Positions 20,051-29,180 of a stretch of DNA of 64,000 nt are shown here, piece after piece. Under the pieces are notes generated by a model. It saw only the letters and a list, made by a program, of their open reading frames with translations, did no database searches and was not told where the DNA came from. Source of the stretch: an uncultured delta proteobacterium (lineage in GTDB: Bacteria; Desulfobacterota; Binatia; Binatales; Binataceae); assembly GCA_963765675.1 (NCBI GenBank), contig CAVXXK010000006.1:224001-288000 (forward strand). The letters are read 5' to 3'. Both the position numbers and the translations under genes were made by a program. Every line of letters starts with the position of its first letter. Position 1 is the first letter of the stretch.

Positions 20051-20682
20051 GGGTGCGCGCGTCCCGCGCGAATCTCCGCGCAGAGTTCCGCCACGCTTTT
20101 GACCTCGCGTTCGAGTTCAGTCGCGCAGGTGAGGAACCATTTCGCGGTCGAAAAGTGCGCGTCGCTACCGCCGACCGCCGTCAGTCCGAGCTTGAGCGCG
20201 GTGTCTTGCGCGCGCTCGTTCTCGAGGTTCGAATTCTGCCCGTTCAGCACTTCGATTGCGCCTATCGCCGCGCCGTGGCGCGCGACCAGAGCGTCCAGCC
20301 GCGCGCCGAATCCCGACTCGCGGAACGGATGCGCCGGAATCGCAACGCCGCCTTCGTGATGAATCACCTCGATCAGATGCTCGCTGCGGAGCATGCGCGA
20401 GGTCAGGTCGAATCGGCGCATCACTTCCTGATTGACACCGTAGAGCAGCAGATGGCCGAGGTCGGTGTCCGCCTCTATCCCCTTGAACACCGCGATTCCG
20501 AAACGCTCGGAGAGTTCGGCGTATTCGCGATCGATCTCGGGGTCGGTCGGGAACAGACGATGCTCGGTGAAGCAGATCGCGCCAAGCCCCGCGCCGCTCG
20601 CTTGCGCGAACCCGAGATATTGCTCCGCGCTAACCCGCGAGTCCGCGGAGAGTTTCGTATGCACATGAAGATCAACGATCAT
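20020..20682 (-). CDS. PHP domain metal-dependent phosphoesterase
   Basis: DLHVHT, FTEH, GIE, GHLLLYG, PAHPFR, EVLNG, GGSDAH. Confidence 0.92.
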   Translation of the reverse strand: MIVDLHVHTKLSADSRVSAEQYLGFAQASGAGLGAICFTEHRLFPTDPEIDREYAELSERFGIAVFKGIEADTDLGHLLLYGVNQEVMRRFDLTSRMLRSEHLIEVIHHEGGVAIPAHPFRESGFGARLDALVARHGAAIGAIEVLNGQNSNLENERAQDTALKLGLTAVGGSDAHFSTAKWFLTCATELEREVKSVAELCAEIRAGRAHPYVFADADAG

Positions 20683-20751
20683 GCTATCCCCGGATGCAGT
20701 TGCCTGATTCCTCCCCATTGTCTGACATGGGGGAGGAGCAGACCGTTCGGT

Positions 20752-20856
20752 CGTCATTTCGAGCCCTGGGCGAGAAATCCCGGAGCGCCCATGCTCTACG
20801 CCAGCGCCACATGCAATGTCCCTCCGCCGGGATTTCTCCCTGCGGTCGAAATGACG
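20752..20856. repeat. CGTC/TGTC-class REP doublet
   Basis: cgtcatttcgagccctgggcgagaaatcccgg ... ccgggatttctccctgcggtcgaaatgacg; related to 60551-60731. Confidence 0.75.
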
Positions 20857-20909
20857 ATCGAGGTTTCAGTGCCATCCGCATCCCACCGCTCAATTGAAAA
20901 CTCGCTCGC

Positions 20910-22418
20910 TCATGGCATGTTGAAGGCGTCGCGGGTCTGCAAGTGATCGACCACCGAAACAATTCCGGTGACGCGTAACACGGTCCATCGGATATTCGCG
21001 CGATCCCATTCGGTCGGAACCGTTCCCCACAGAATCAGCGTGTCTTCCTCGAGCTTGAACTGCACGCCCTTATAGCCTTCCGCATCGAGCTCGCGCCGGA
21101 GCAACTGCAATTGCTCGGGCGTCGCACCGCCGTTCAGATCGGGCATCGGTATCGGCATCGGGCCGAGGTCGGGCGCAGGCGGCTCCGCGGGTTGCACCGC
21201 AAGATGCGCGATCACGGTGGTCAGCAGGAACGCGCCCCCGAACAGCACCGCGAGTGCAAGCAGATAAAATCGCGAGCCGCGGTTGCGCCGCCTGCCGCGC
21301 CGATATTCTCCCGGCATCGGAGCTGAACCGGGAAAATTGCCCAGGTCGATTGTCCGCGCCTGTGCCGATTCGGGCTCGGATACGGGATCGTAACTGAGAG
21401 GCGCTGCGCAGAACGAGCAGTAGCGCGAGTCCCCGGGAATCTGCCGGCCGCATCGCGGACACTCAATCGTTGCGAGGTCGGAAAGCACAGTCGGCGCAGA
21501 AGGCGACGCGGGCGTACCCGCGCGTCCGAGCGGCAGCCGCATCTGCGGGCGCGATTGGTTCGTCGTCGGCGCCGGAGCCGGCTGCGGTGCGGTCACCACG
21601 CGGGGCTCGATCGGCGCTCCGGATTTGATCGCGACCAGCCGCGCCTTGAATTCGCCTACATCCTGCGGGCGCAGCGCGACGTCGTAGTTGAGCGTCTGAT
21701 CGACCAGATCGGCCAGCGCGGGGTTAACTCCCGGCGCGGCGCTGCGCAGCGGCGGAAAGCTGAACGGAGGCTCCGCGGCAGGATCGCGCCCGGAGATCGC
21801 ATGATGCATCGTCGCGGCAAGCGCGTAGAGATCGGAGCGGAACTCGACGCGCCCGCGATACTGTTCCGGCGGCGCGTAGCCCTGCGTTCCGATCATCGTC
21901 GCGTTCTGCATCGGCAGGAAGTGCCGCGCGATTCCGAAGTCGATGAGCTTGACCTGTCCGTTCGCCGTCAGCATCACGTTCGACGGCTTCAGATCGCGAT
22001 AGATCACTGGCGGTGAGAGGCTGTGCAGGTAGGCCAGCGTGTCGCAGATCTGAAGCGCGATATCGATCACCTCGCTCTCGGGGAGTTTGCCATCCGCGTC
22101 GCGCAGCCGGTCTTCGAGGGTCTGGCCCTCGATATATTCCATCACCAGGTAGTGGCGATTCTCTTCGCTGAAGCGATCGAACACGCGGGGGATATGCTCG
22201 TTGCTGAGAGTGGCGAGCATGTCGGCCTCGCGCTGGAACGCGGCGACGGCGTCCTGCTGCTTTTCGGGACTGGTGAAGGTATCCACCATCTCGGCCAGAG
22301 CGCACGGGCGCGAGGCCAGGCGCAGATCCTCGGCCAGATAGACCATCTTCATTCCGCCGCCGCCGAGCGGACGGATCGCGCGGTAGCGACCGCCGACGAT
22401 AGTGTTGGCCGCGATCAT
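20910..22418 (-). CDS. Hanks-type Ser/Thr protein kinase with WNK-like Lys placement; zinc ribbon, TM and C-terminal BON-like domain
   Basis: GGGGMKMVY, CALAEM, FQRE, YRDLKPSN, DFG, GTQGYAPPEQ; CPRC...CSFC; TM; TLILWGTVP...GIVSVVDHL. Confidence 0.93.
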   Translation of the reverse strand: MIAANTIVGGRYRAIRPLGGGGMKMVYLAEDLRLASRPCALAEMVDTFTSPEKQQDAVAAFQREADMLATLSNEHIPRVFDRFSEENRHYLVMEYIEGQTLEDRLRDADGKLPESEVIDIALQICDTLAYLHSLSPPVIYRDLKPSNVMLTANGQVKLIDFGIARHFLPMQNATMIGTQGYAPPEQYRGRVEFRSDLYALAATMHHAISGRDPAAEPPFSFPPLRSAAPGVNPALADLVDQTLNYDVALRPQDVGEFKARLVAIKSGAPIEPRVVTAPQPAPAPTTNQSRPQMRLPLGRAGTPASPSAPTVLSDLATIECPRCGRQIPGDSRYCSFCAAPLSYDPVSEPESAQARTIDLGNFPGSAPMPGEYRRGRRRNRGSRFYLLALAVLFGGAFLLTTVIAHLAVQPAEPPAPDLGPMPIPMPDLNGGATPEQLQLLRRELDAEGYKGVQFKLEEDTLILWGTVPTEWDRANIRWTVLRVTGIVSVVDHLQTRDAFNMP

Positions 22419-22419
22419 T

Positions 22420-22824
22420 TCAGTAGCGCCATGTGTCCGAGGGCGCCGCGGTTCCGCGCAAGCCGCGCGGGCGCCGCCGGGGACGCGGTCCCGCGATTCG
22501 CTCTTCGCGCAGCGAGCCCTGCACGGCGGCATTCAGCGCGCATACGAAGTGAAGGATGGGACCTATTGGTCCCAGGATGTAGGCCAGCACGACAACGCAG
22601 AACCAAACCACACCGCGCACAACATGTCCCTTGTAAATCTGCCCGAGTCCCGGAATCACGCTCAGGACGAACGCTACGATCGGGTTGAAGCCCGGCTCTC
22701 CCGCGAAGGTCCGGGTTCCCGCGACCGGCGCGCCGCAATCCTTGCAGAACTTCGCCTCGGCAACGACGATCGGCTGGCCGCATCGTGAGCAGAAACGCGG
22801 CTGGTCGAATTGCGGATCAGGCAC
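22420..22824 (-). CDS. Zinc-ribbon plus TM2-like membrane protein
   Basis: FCSRCG...FCKDCGAP, then AFVLSVIPGLGQIYKG; GTG start overlaps the upstream stop. Confidence 0.82.
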   Translation of the reverse strand: MPDPQFDQPRFCSRCGQPIVVAEAKFCKDCGAPVAGTRTFAGEPGFNPIVAFVLSVIPGLGQIYKGHVVRGVVWFCVVVLAYILGPIGPILHFVCALNAAVQGSLREERIAGPRPRRRPRGLRGTAAPSDTWRY

Positions 22825-24094
22825 GGAAGGTAAACGGCGCCTGCCCGAGCCGGAACGAATCGCCGTCGGTGAGAGGCGCCTGCGTGATTCGCCGGTCTGC
22901 GACAAAAGTTCCATTCTGGCTGTTCAGATCTCTCAGTTCGAATCCGCCGCCGGAGCTCACGATGCTCGCGTGATGGCGTGAGACCGACGAATGATTCACC
23001 ACGATATCGTTGTCCAGCGCGCGGCCAAGGCTGGTCGCGCCATTTGTACGCAGCGAATGGCGTTGGCCGGACGCATCTTCGAGCGCGGGACCGTTCATCT
23101 GCGGACCCGGCGCGGCAACGTGCGACTCGACGTGAACCGCCGCCGCGGCTTGCGCAGGAGACGCGGCGGCAGCCGAGCCTTGCCGCAGATGGAACATCAG
23201 CTCATACCCACCGACGCGGATCTTGTCGCCGTCGTGCAAGTCAGCGCTCTCGACCCGTTGTCCGTTGACGAAGGTCCCGTCCTGAATCGCAAGCCCCTTA
23301 AGGACAAAATCCTGGCCGCGCCGTTCGATTACCGCGTGGCGCTGTTGCACTGCGGGATCGCCAAACAGTCCGATCGGATTTTCCTCCGCACGACCGATCG
23401 TAGCGCGCGAGCCCTCGACCCTGAACTGGCGTCCGCGCAAACGTCCCTGTTCCACGGTGAGCCACGCGACCTTGGTCAGCTCCTGCACCAATCCGATAAA
23501 CAAGCCGATGAAAAATCCGATGAGGCTGAGCCCGATGAGCCGCGACCACAGTCCTCCACCGGTAATCTCGTTTATCGGATCGAACAAGATCCCGCCGGCG
23601 AAGCCGCCGATGAATCCGCCGATCGCGCCCTTGGCGATATTCGGCATCGAGAGCGACGCGAGGCCCACGCCCGCGCCGAGGATCGTCGCCATGATCACCC
23701 AGCTCAGGACGCGTCCGAGGAACAGGAAGAAGCCCGACCCCGGATGCCCGAGGCCCCATCCGCCGAAACTTAACATTGCGCTGAAAATGTAATTCGAAAA
23801 ATAATCGGCGGGCAGCGCGAGCAGCAGGCAAACCACGAATCCGCGGATCAGGTTGTTGCGCGTCGTCGGATTCCATTCGATTTCCTGGCTGCCGACCGCA
23901 AGGATGAATCCGCCGATCACTCCCGACAGGATCGCCATCGCGACGTAAGACATCGCGGCGTCGAAGCTCGAGATCTGTTCGGTCAGGCTATGCCCATGGC
24001 TCGCGAGCTCGACCGGAAGCCATCCGAGCGCGCCGCCCAGAAGGCCCGCGAGCGCCTTGTTAAAAAGGTCGCGGCGATTTATGGAGCCGTCCAT
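22817..24094 (-). CDS. Multi-pass membrane protein with two FHA domains
   Basis: About 6 Gly-rich TM helices; FHA1 IGRAEEN...VQQRH...QDGTFVNG; FHA2 LGRALDN...VSRHH...SQNGTFV. Confidence 0.92.
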   Translation of the reverse strand: MDGSINRRDLFNKALAGLLGGALGWLPVELASHGHSLTEQISSFDAAMSYVAMAILSGVIGGFILAVGSQEIEWNPTTRNNLIRGFVVCLLLALPADYFSNYIFSAMLSFGGWGLGHPGSGFFLFLGRVLSWVIMATILGAGVGLASLSMPNIAKGAIGGFIGGFAGGILFDPINEITGGGLWSRLIGLSLIGFFIGLFIGLVQELTKVAWLTVEQGRLRGRQFRVEGSRATIGRAEENPIGLFGDPAVQQRHAVIERRGQDFVLKGLAIQDGTFVNGQRVESADLHDGDKIRVGGYELMFHLRQGSAAAASPAQAAAAVHVESHVAAPGPQMNGPALEDASGQRHSLRTNGATSLGRALDNDIVVNHSSVSRHHASIVSSGGGFELRDLNSQNGTFVADRRITQAPLTDGDSFRLGQAPFTFRA

Positions 24095-24301
24095 TTCAGA
24101 TCGATCCTCGTGCTCATCGCGATTCTCACAAAACCAGCACGCCCAACATATGCTTTACCAGCAGTTATAATAACCCGTCGCATCGACGCGTAAAATCCGC
24201 GCTCCATCGCCAGATGCAGCCTTCGGCTTGCGGCTGGTTGCAGACTCGGGCAGATGCACGGCATGATCGTGATGAACGCATCACCTGTTATTGGAGTATC
24301 A

Positions 24302-25543
24302 ATGGCAGAGAAGACGCTTGTCCCGGAAGCATTTGGACCTTTACAGGGTGTGAAAATCGTCTCGACCGGCACCCTGATCGCGCAACCGTTTGCCGCGGAG
24401 CTCGCCGCCGAGATGGGCGCCGAGGTGATTCAGATCGAGCGCCCGGGCACCGGAGACACCGGATGGCGCAATATCGGAATCAGACTCGCGACTCACGACG
24501 GCACTCCGCCGGTCGCGACCACCTGGGTGCAGGAACGGCGCAACGTTTTCTGCATCACGCTCGATCTCTCCAAGCCGCGCGGGCGTGAAGTCTTCCTGAA
24601 GCTTGCCGCGCGCGCCGATATCTGGATGGAGAGCTCGAAGCCCGGCACCTATCCGAAGTGGAACCTGGATGATGCGGCGGTGTGGAAGCTCAATCCAAAA
24701 CTCGTCATCACGCACGTGAGCGGCTTCGGCCAGACCGGCGATCGCGAGTATGTCACGCGCGCATCCTACGACATCGTCGGCCAGGCCGTGGCCGGGATGA
24801 TGTATCAGACGGGATATCCTGATCCCACGCCGCCGACGCGCGCCGCGCCGTGGACCGGCGACTATATCACCGCGTTGTTCACGCTATGGTCGTCGCTGGC
24901 GGGGCTTACCTATGCGCGTTCGACGGGCAAGGGCCAGGCGATCGACGTCGCGCAGTACGAGGCGATTCACAAGACGATGGGCGGCACGATGCTCGAGTAT
25001 TTTCAGCAAGGCGTTGTGCGCGAGCGCTCGGGCAATCGCGCGCAGGGCTTTCAGCCGCTCGATAGCTTCCAGGCGAGCGACGGATGGGTCGTGTTGGGTG
25101 CGCTCGGTGAAGTTTACGATCGCCTGGTTCGAGTGATCGGCCTGGATCCGGCCGATCCGAAATGGCAGAGCGCGCGCGTGAATCTCGAATCGATCGAGGG
25201 GATCGAGTTCGACGCGATCCTGCGCGGATGGGTCAGCGAGCGCACGGTCGCGCAGGTGGTGCACGCGATGGCGGAAGGCAAGGTGCCGTGCTCGCAGATC
25301 ATGTCGAGCAAGGATGCGGCCGAGGATCCGCAGTATCGTGCGCGCCAGATGCATATCGAGTGGGAAGATCCGCACGTCGGCAAGGTAAAGGGCATCGGCA
25401 TCGCGCCGAAGTTCTCGCTAACGCCCGGAAAGATCGTCCGCGGCTCGGTCACGGTCGGCGCTGACAACGCCCGCATTTACGGCGGCCTACTGGGGATGGC
25501 GTCGAGCGAGATAGAAGCGCTGAGGCGCGACAAAGTGATCTGA
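24302..25543 (+). CDS. CaiB/BaiF class III CoA-transferase
   Basis: IAQPFAA, GAEVIQIE, QERRN, VSGFGQTG, WTGDY. Confidence 0.92.
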   Translation: MAEKTLVPEAFGPLQGVKIVSTGTLIAQPFAAELAAEMGAEVIQIERPGTGDTGWRNIGIRLATHDGTPPVATTWVQERRNVFCITLDLSKPRGREVFLKLAARADIWMESSKPGTYPKWNLDDAAVWKLNPKLVITHVSGFGQTGDREYVTRASYDIVGQAVAGMMYQTGYPDPTPPTRAAPWTGDYITALFTLWSSLAGLTYARSTGKGQAIDVAQYEAIHKTMGGTMLEYFQQGVVRERSGNRAQGFQPLDSFQASDGWVVLGALGEVYDRLVRVIGLDPADPKWQSARVNLESIEGIEFDAILRGWVSERTVAQVVHAMAEGKVPCSQIMSSKDAAEDPQYRARQMHIEWEDPHVGKVKGIGIAPKFSLTPGKIVRGSVTVGADNARIYGGLLGMASSEIEALRRDKVI

Positions 25544-25570
25544 CGTCGCCACAAAAAGTCGCAGAGCGGC

Positions 25571-25720
25571 ACCCTCACCCACGCGTCACGGCGATTGCTA
25601 AATGAAGCAATCGCCGCGCCGCGTCGCCCTCTCCCGGAGGGAGAGGGTATTTCCGACGCATTGCGATTCCTGATTCCCTCTCCCGCCGGGAGAGGGTGCC
25701 GCGAAGCGGCGGGTGAGGGT
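25571..25720. repeat. BoxC-like REP doublet in inverted orientation
   Basis: accctcaccc...cggcgattgct/agcaatcgccg...ccctctcccggagggagaggg and ccctctcccgccgggagaggg...gggtgagggt; between convergent genes. Confidence 0.82.
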
Positions 25721-25763
25721 GCTGCTCTGCGGCTGCTCTCGGCCGCGCACCGCAGCGCAGCGC

Positions 25764-26591
25764 TCAATGCGCGACCTTGCCCATGAAGGCTGCGGCCGCG
25801 CGGGCGAATTCGCGGTCGTCGGCATAGCGGCCGAGATCGAGGATGAAATAGCTCGCGCCCGCCTCGCGTTCGGCGTCGAGCCTTGCTCGTGCGGCGGCTA
25901 TATCGTCGAGCTTCATGCCGCGGCGCACGATAATCTCCGGCTCGGGACGCCCGGCTGCGCGCATCTTCGATCGTAAATCTTCAACCAACGGTTTAAGTTC
26001 TGCCGCGCGCTGCATCGGATGCCATCCGTCGCCGAATTCGAGCACCCGTTTGATCGCGTTTGCGCCACCACCGCCGATCCAGATTGGCGGACGGGCAGGG
26101 CGCGGTTCGAACACAAATGCTGGAAACTTCGCCAGCTCTCCGCGAAATGGCGCGGGCTCGGAGCCGTCGAACAGATGCCGCAGCACGCGCAGGGTCTCGG
26201 TCGTGAGCGCGCCGCGCTTCTTCATGTCGACGCCGAGCGCCTCGAACTCGGGCTTCATCCATCCGACGCCGACGCCGAGAATCATCCGTCCGCCCGACAA
26301 CTCCTGGATAGTTGCGATCTGCTTCGCCGTCAGCACCGCGGGCCGATACGGGAGCACCAGCACCGAGACTCCAAGCCGGATACGCTCGGTCGCGCCGGCG
26401 AGGAACGCGAGCGTTGCCAGCACGTCAAGATAGCGGCCGCCGGAGCCCTCGGTTTGATCGGGCGGGATGCATAAATGGTCGGAGACGAAGATCGCATCGA
26501 AGCCCGCCTGCTCGGCGGCCCTGGCGCAGGCCAGAATTGTCGCGCGCGTAGATTGCGGTCCCATGTTGCGAATCGCGATTCCGTATTTCAT
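25764..26591 (-). CDS. LLM-class flavin (probably F420)-dependent oxidoreductase
   Basis: GFDAIFVSDH, ATERIRLGVSVLVLPYR, SGGRMILGVGVGW, PPIWIGG, GDGWHP. Confidence 0.9.
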   Translation of the reverse strand: MKYGIAIRNMGPQSTRATILACARAAEQAGFDAIFVSDHLCIPPDQTEGSGGRYLDVLATLAFLAGATERIRLGVSVLVLPYRPAVLTAKQIATIQELSGGRMILGVGVGWMKPEFEALGVDMKKRGALTTETLRVLRHLFDGSEPAPFRGELAKFPAFVFEPRPARPPIWIGGGGANAIKRVLEFGDGWHPMQRAAELKPLVEDLRSKMRAAGRPEPEIIVRRGMKLDDIAAARARLDAEREAGASYFILDLGRYADDREFARAAAAFMGKVAH

Positions 26592-26684
26592 TTGCCACCT
26601 CGCCGCGAACAGATTCGCGCCTATCGCAAGACTGGCAAGCGTCGCGAGGGCACGTCAAACTGCATCAGGCGGGAGGACGATCGT

Positions 26685-27293
26685 TTGGGGAGACCATCGG
26701 CGAAGGAGCGCAGGCCCTACAACAGCGAGGCGATCGCGGACGTCGCGGTGCGGGTGTTCCTGGAGCGCGGCTACGACGGCGCGTCGCTCGACGACGTGGC
26801 GCGCGCGGCCGGAATCACCAAGGCCAGCATCTACTACCATGTCCGCAGCAAGGAAGATCTGCTCGCGCGCGGCGTCGGACGCGCGTTTGATGCGCTGGGC
26901 GCGGCGATGCGCGAGCCGGGCGCGAAGCAGGGCAGCGCGCAGGCGCGGCTTAAGTATATCGTGCGGCGCACGATCGAGATCACGGTCGTGATGCGGCCCG
27001 AGGTCGCGCTGCTGTTGCGGGTGCGCGGCAACACTCGCGTCGAGAAGGCGATCGTCGAGCGGCGCCGCGCGTTCGATCATCTGGTGGCGCGCCATTTTGC
27101 CCGCGCGCAGCGCGCGGGCGAGTTCCGGCGCGATATCGATCCGCGGCTGGCGACGCGGCTGTTGTTCGGGATGCTCAACTCGATCACCGAATGGTACCGG
27201 CCCGGCGGCGAGCTCGGCGCGGAAGATATCGTGCAGGCGGTGTTCCGGCTCGCGTTCGAGGGCCTCAAAAGCAAGCGCTCGCGCGCTACTTGA
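26685..27293 (+). CDS. TetR family regulator (PaaR/KstR2-like)
   Basis: VFLERGYDGASLDDVARAAGITKASIYYHVRSKEDLL; LLFGMLNSITEWYRPGG; GGAGG then TTG start. Confidence 0.92.
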   Translation: MGRPSAKERRPYNSEAIADVAVRVFLERGYDGASLDDVARAAGITKASIYYHVRSKEDLLARGVGRAFDALGAAMREPGAKQGSAQARLKYIVRRTIEITVVMRPEVALLLRVRGNTRVEKAIVERRRAFDHLVARHFARAQRAGEFRRDIDPRLATRLLFGMLNSITEWYRPGGELGAEDIVQAVFRLAFEGLKSKRSRAT

Positions 27294-27319
27294 TTTATCT
27301 ACCGAATGGTTGATAAACC
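27290..27319 (+). promoter_or_regulatory. Promoter overlapped by a 24-bp palindrome (putative TetR operator)
   Basis: tttatctaccgaatggttgataaa (27294-27317) across TTGATT...TAAACC. Confidence 0.65.
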
Positions 27320-27340
27320 TTGAGTAGAGGCAAAAGCGCG

Positions 27341-28363
27341 ATGAGCGAATTCATTATACCGCCCGGCGGACTAATTCCGGCGGCGGAAGTCCCGCAGCCG
27401 AATATCTTTCCGATGGAATGGCGCTGCGAGACGCCCAAGCTGCGCGAGATCTACGAGCGCGCCAAGGTCGAGGGCTTCAACCCCGCCGATATCGCGTGGG
27501 AGGAGCTCTCGCCGGAAGCGTGGAGCGACGACGAGAAAGTGGCGATCATGTATTGGTGGGCGCTGCTCTCGAACTTCGATTCGTCGGGACCGGCGGTATT
27601 CGCGCGCGCGATGATCCGCGCGTTCGAAACCCACGAGGAAGACCCGATCCGCAAGTGCTTCTTCTCAATCACCCGCGACGAGACCAATCACGAGGAGTGC
27701 TGCCAGCGCGTGATCCAGCGCCTGGTGCCGGGCGGGCCGCAGGGCTTCGCGCCCGCGAGCGAATTGCAGCGGGTCGCGCTCAACAATATCGGATGGCTTT
27801 ATCACAACGGCGGTCGCTACTGGACCGGATACAATCGCGCGATCGAGAAATATCCGCTCGCGATTATCTTCACCTCGTTCATGATGGGCGAGGTCGCGTC
27901 TTCGACGCTATTCCACGGGATGTCGCGCGCGACCACGCATCCGGTGTTCCGCGAAATCTTCACCTGCATCGGCCGCGACGAAGCGCGCCACTTGCAGATC
28001 TGCATCAACCTGCTCGAGAAGCAGTGGCCCGGCCTGACCGACGCGGATCGCGGATTCATCACCAAGCAACTGCGCGCGGGATTCGTGTTCCTCTCGATGG
28101 TGCTGTGGGAGCCGCCGAATCAGTTCTGGGATCTGCCCGACTACTTCCTGCACAACCATCGGATCCTGCTGCGCGTTGCGCGCGAGGCCGGCCTTGGCAT
28201 CCTGACCTACGAGCAGCAGGCCGATAACTGGAAGCTCGCAATCGCGCGGGTGCGCAAGCTGGTCGAGCGATGGGGCATTGCGTTTCCCGCGATTCCGGAA
28301 CTCGATATCGAGGGCGTGGACGTCGGCGACATCACGGCGGAAGATATTATTCCGGTTTTTTGA
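27341..28363 (+). CDS. Ferritin-like diiron protein of unknown function
   Basis: Two ExxH motifs (RDETNH, RDEARH) with upstream acidic ligands (NFD, MGE). Confidence 0.85.
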   Translation: MSEFIIPPGGLIPAAEVPQPNIFPMEWRCETPKLREIYERAKVEGFNPADIAWEELSPEAWSDDEKVAIMYWWALLSNFDSSGPAVFARAMIRAFETHEEDPIRKCFFSITRDETNHEECCQRVIQRLVPGGPQGFAPASELQRVALNNIGWLYHNGGRYWTGYNRAIEKYPLAIIFTSFMMGEVASSTLFHGMSRATTHPVFREIFTCIGRDEARHLQICINLLEKQWPGLTDADRGFITKQLRAGFVFLSMVLWEPPNQFWDLPDYFLHNHRILLRVAREAGLGILTYEQQADNWKLAIARVRKLVERWGIAFPAIPELDIEGVDVGDITAEDIIPVF

Positions 28364-28399
28364 TCGCCTGGAATTTTAGGCATCGCAGGAGGTAGCGCG

Positions 28400-29173
28400 A
28401 TGACTGTCGATCTTCATATCACCGGCGCGCTGGCCGAGATCGTTCTCAATCGTCCCAACAAGCTCAACGCAGTAAACGACGCGATGGCGGCCGAGCTGGG
28501 CGAGGTCTTCGATCGCGCCGAGCGCGCGGGAGTCCGCGCGCTGCTCCTGCGCGGTGAGGGCGCCGGCTTCTGCGCCGGGCGCGATCTGGCTGAAGCCGAT
28601 CCGGGCAACGAAGACGGCGAGGAGATTCTCGAACGCGTCGCCAATCCACTCATCAAGCGGCTGGCGCTTTTCCCCGCTCCGACGTTCGCCGCCGTGCATG
28701 GCGCCTGCCTGGGCCTCGGGTTTGGCCTCGCGCTTGGTTGCGACGTGGTTTATATCGCCGACGACGCGAAGATCGGCTCGCCCTTCGCGCGAATCGGCGC
28801 GGTACTCGATTCGGGCGGCCATTCGTTTCTAGCCGCGCGGATCGGGTCGCATCGCACACTTGAGCTGATCTACACCGGCCGCTTGCTCTCGGGTGCGGAG
28901 GCGGCCGCGTGGGGAATCGTCAACGCCAGTATGCCGAAAGACAAACTTCTCGAGCACGCGCGCGCGGTGGCTTCACAGGTCGCGACGGGGCCGACCGCGG
29001 CGTTCATGGAATCGAAGCGGCTCATCCGCCGCATCGACGAGGAAGCGCTCGGCCTGCTCGCGGTCTTGAAGTGCGAGGCGCGCGCGCAAGGAGTCGCGGG
29101 ACGTACCGCGGATTACAAGGAAGGAATCGGAGCGTTTCAGCAGAAGCGCGCGCCGAAGTTTACCGGCAAGTAG
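28400..29173 (+). CDS. Enoyl-CoA hydratase/isomerase (PaaG-like)
   Basis: LNRPNKLNA, FCAGRDL, AAVHGACLG, GAVLDSGG, EGIGAFQQKRAPKF. Confidence 0.9.
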   Translation: MTVDLHITGALAEIVLNRPNKLNAVNDAMAAELGEVFDRAERAGVRALLLRGEGAGFCAGRDLAEADPGNEDGEEILERVANPLIKRLALFPAPTFAAVHGACLGLGFGLALGCDVVYIADDAKIGSPFARIGAVLDSGGHSFLAARIGSHRTLELIYTGRLLSGAEAAAWGIVNASMPKDKLLEHARAVASQVATGPTAAFMESKRLIRRIDEEALGLLAVLKCEARAQGVAGRTADYKEGIGAFQQKRAPKFTGK

Positions 29174-29180
29174 AAAGCGT

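Noticed and set aside
20910-22418. Calling the kinase a dead pseudokinase
   Set aside because: A compensating Gly-loop Lys is present and all other catalytic motifs are intact, though activity is untested
22415-22783. 122-aa alternative minus-strand ORF
   Set aside because: The overlapping frame 22420..22824 has clear zinc-ribbon and TM motifs
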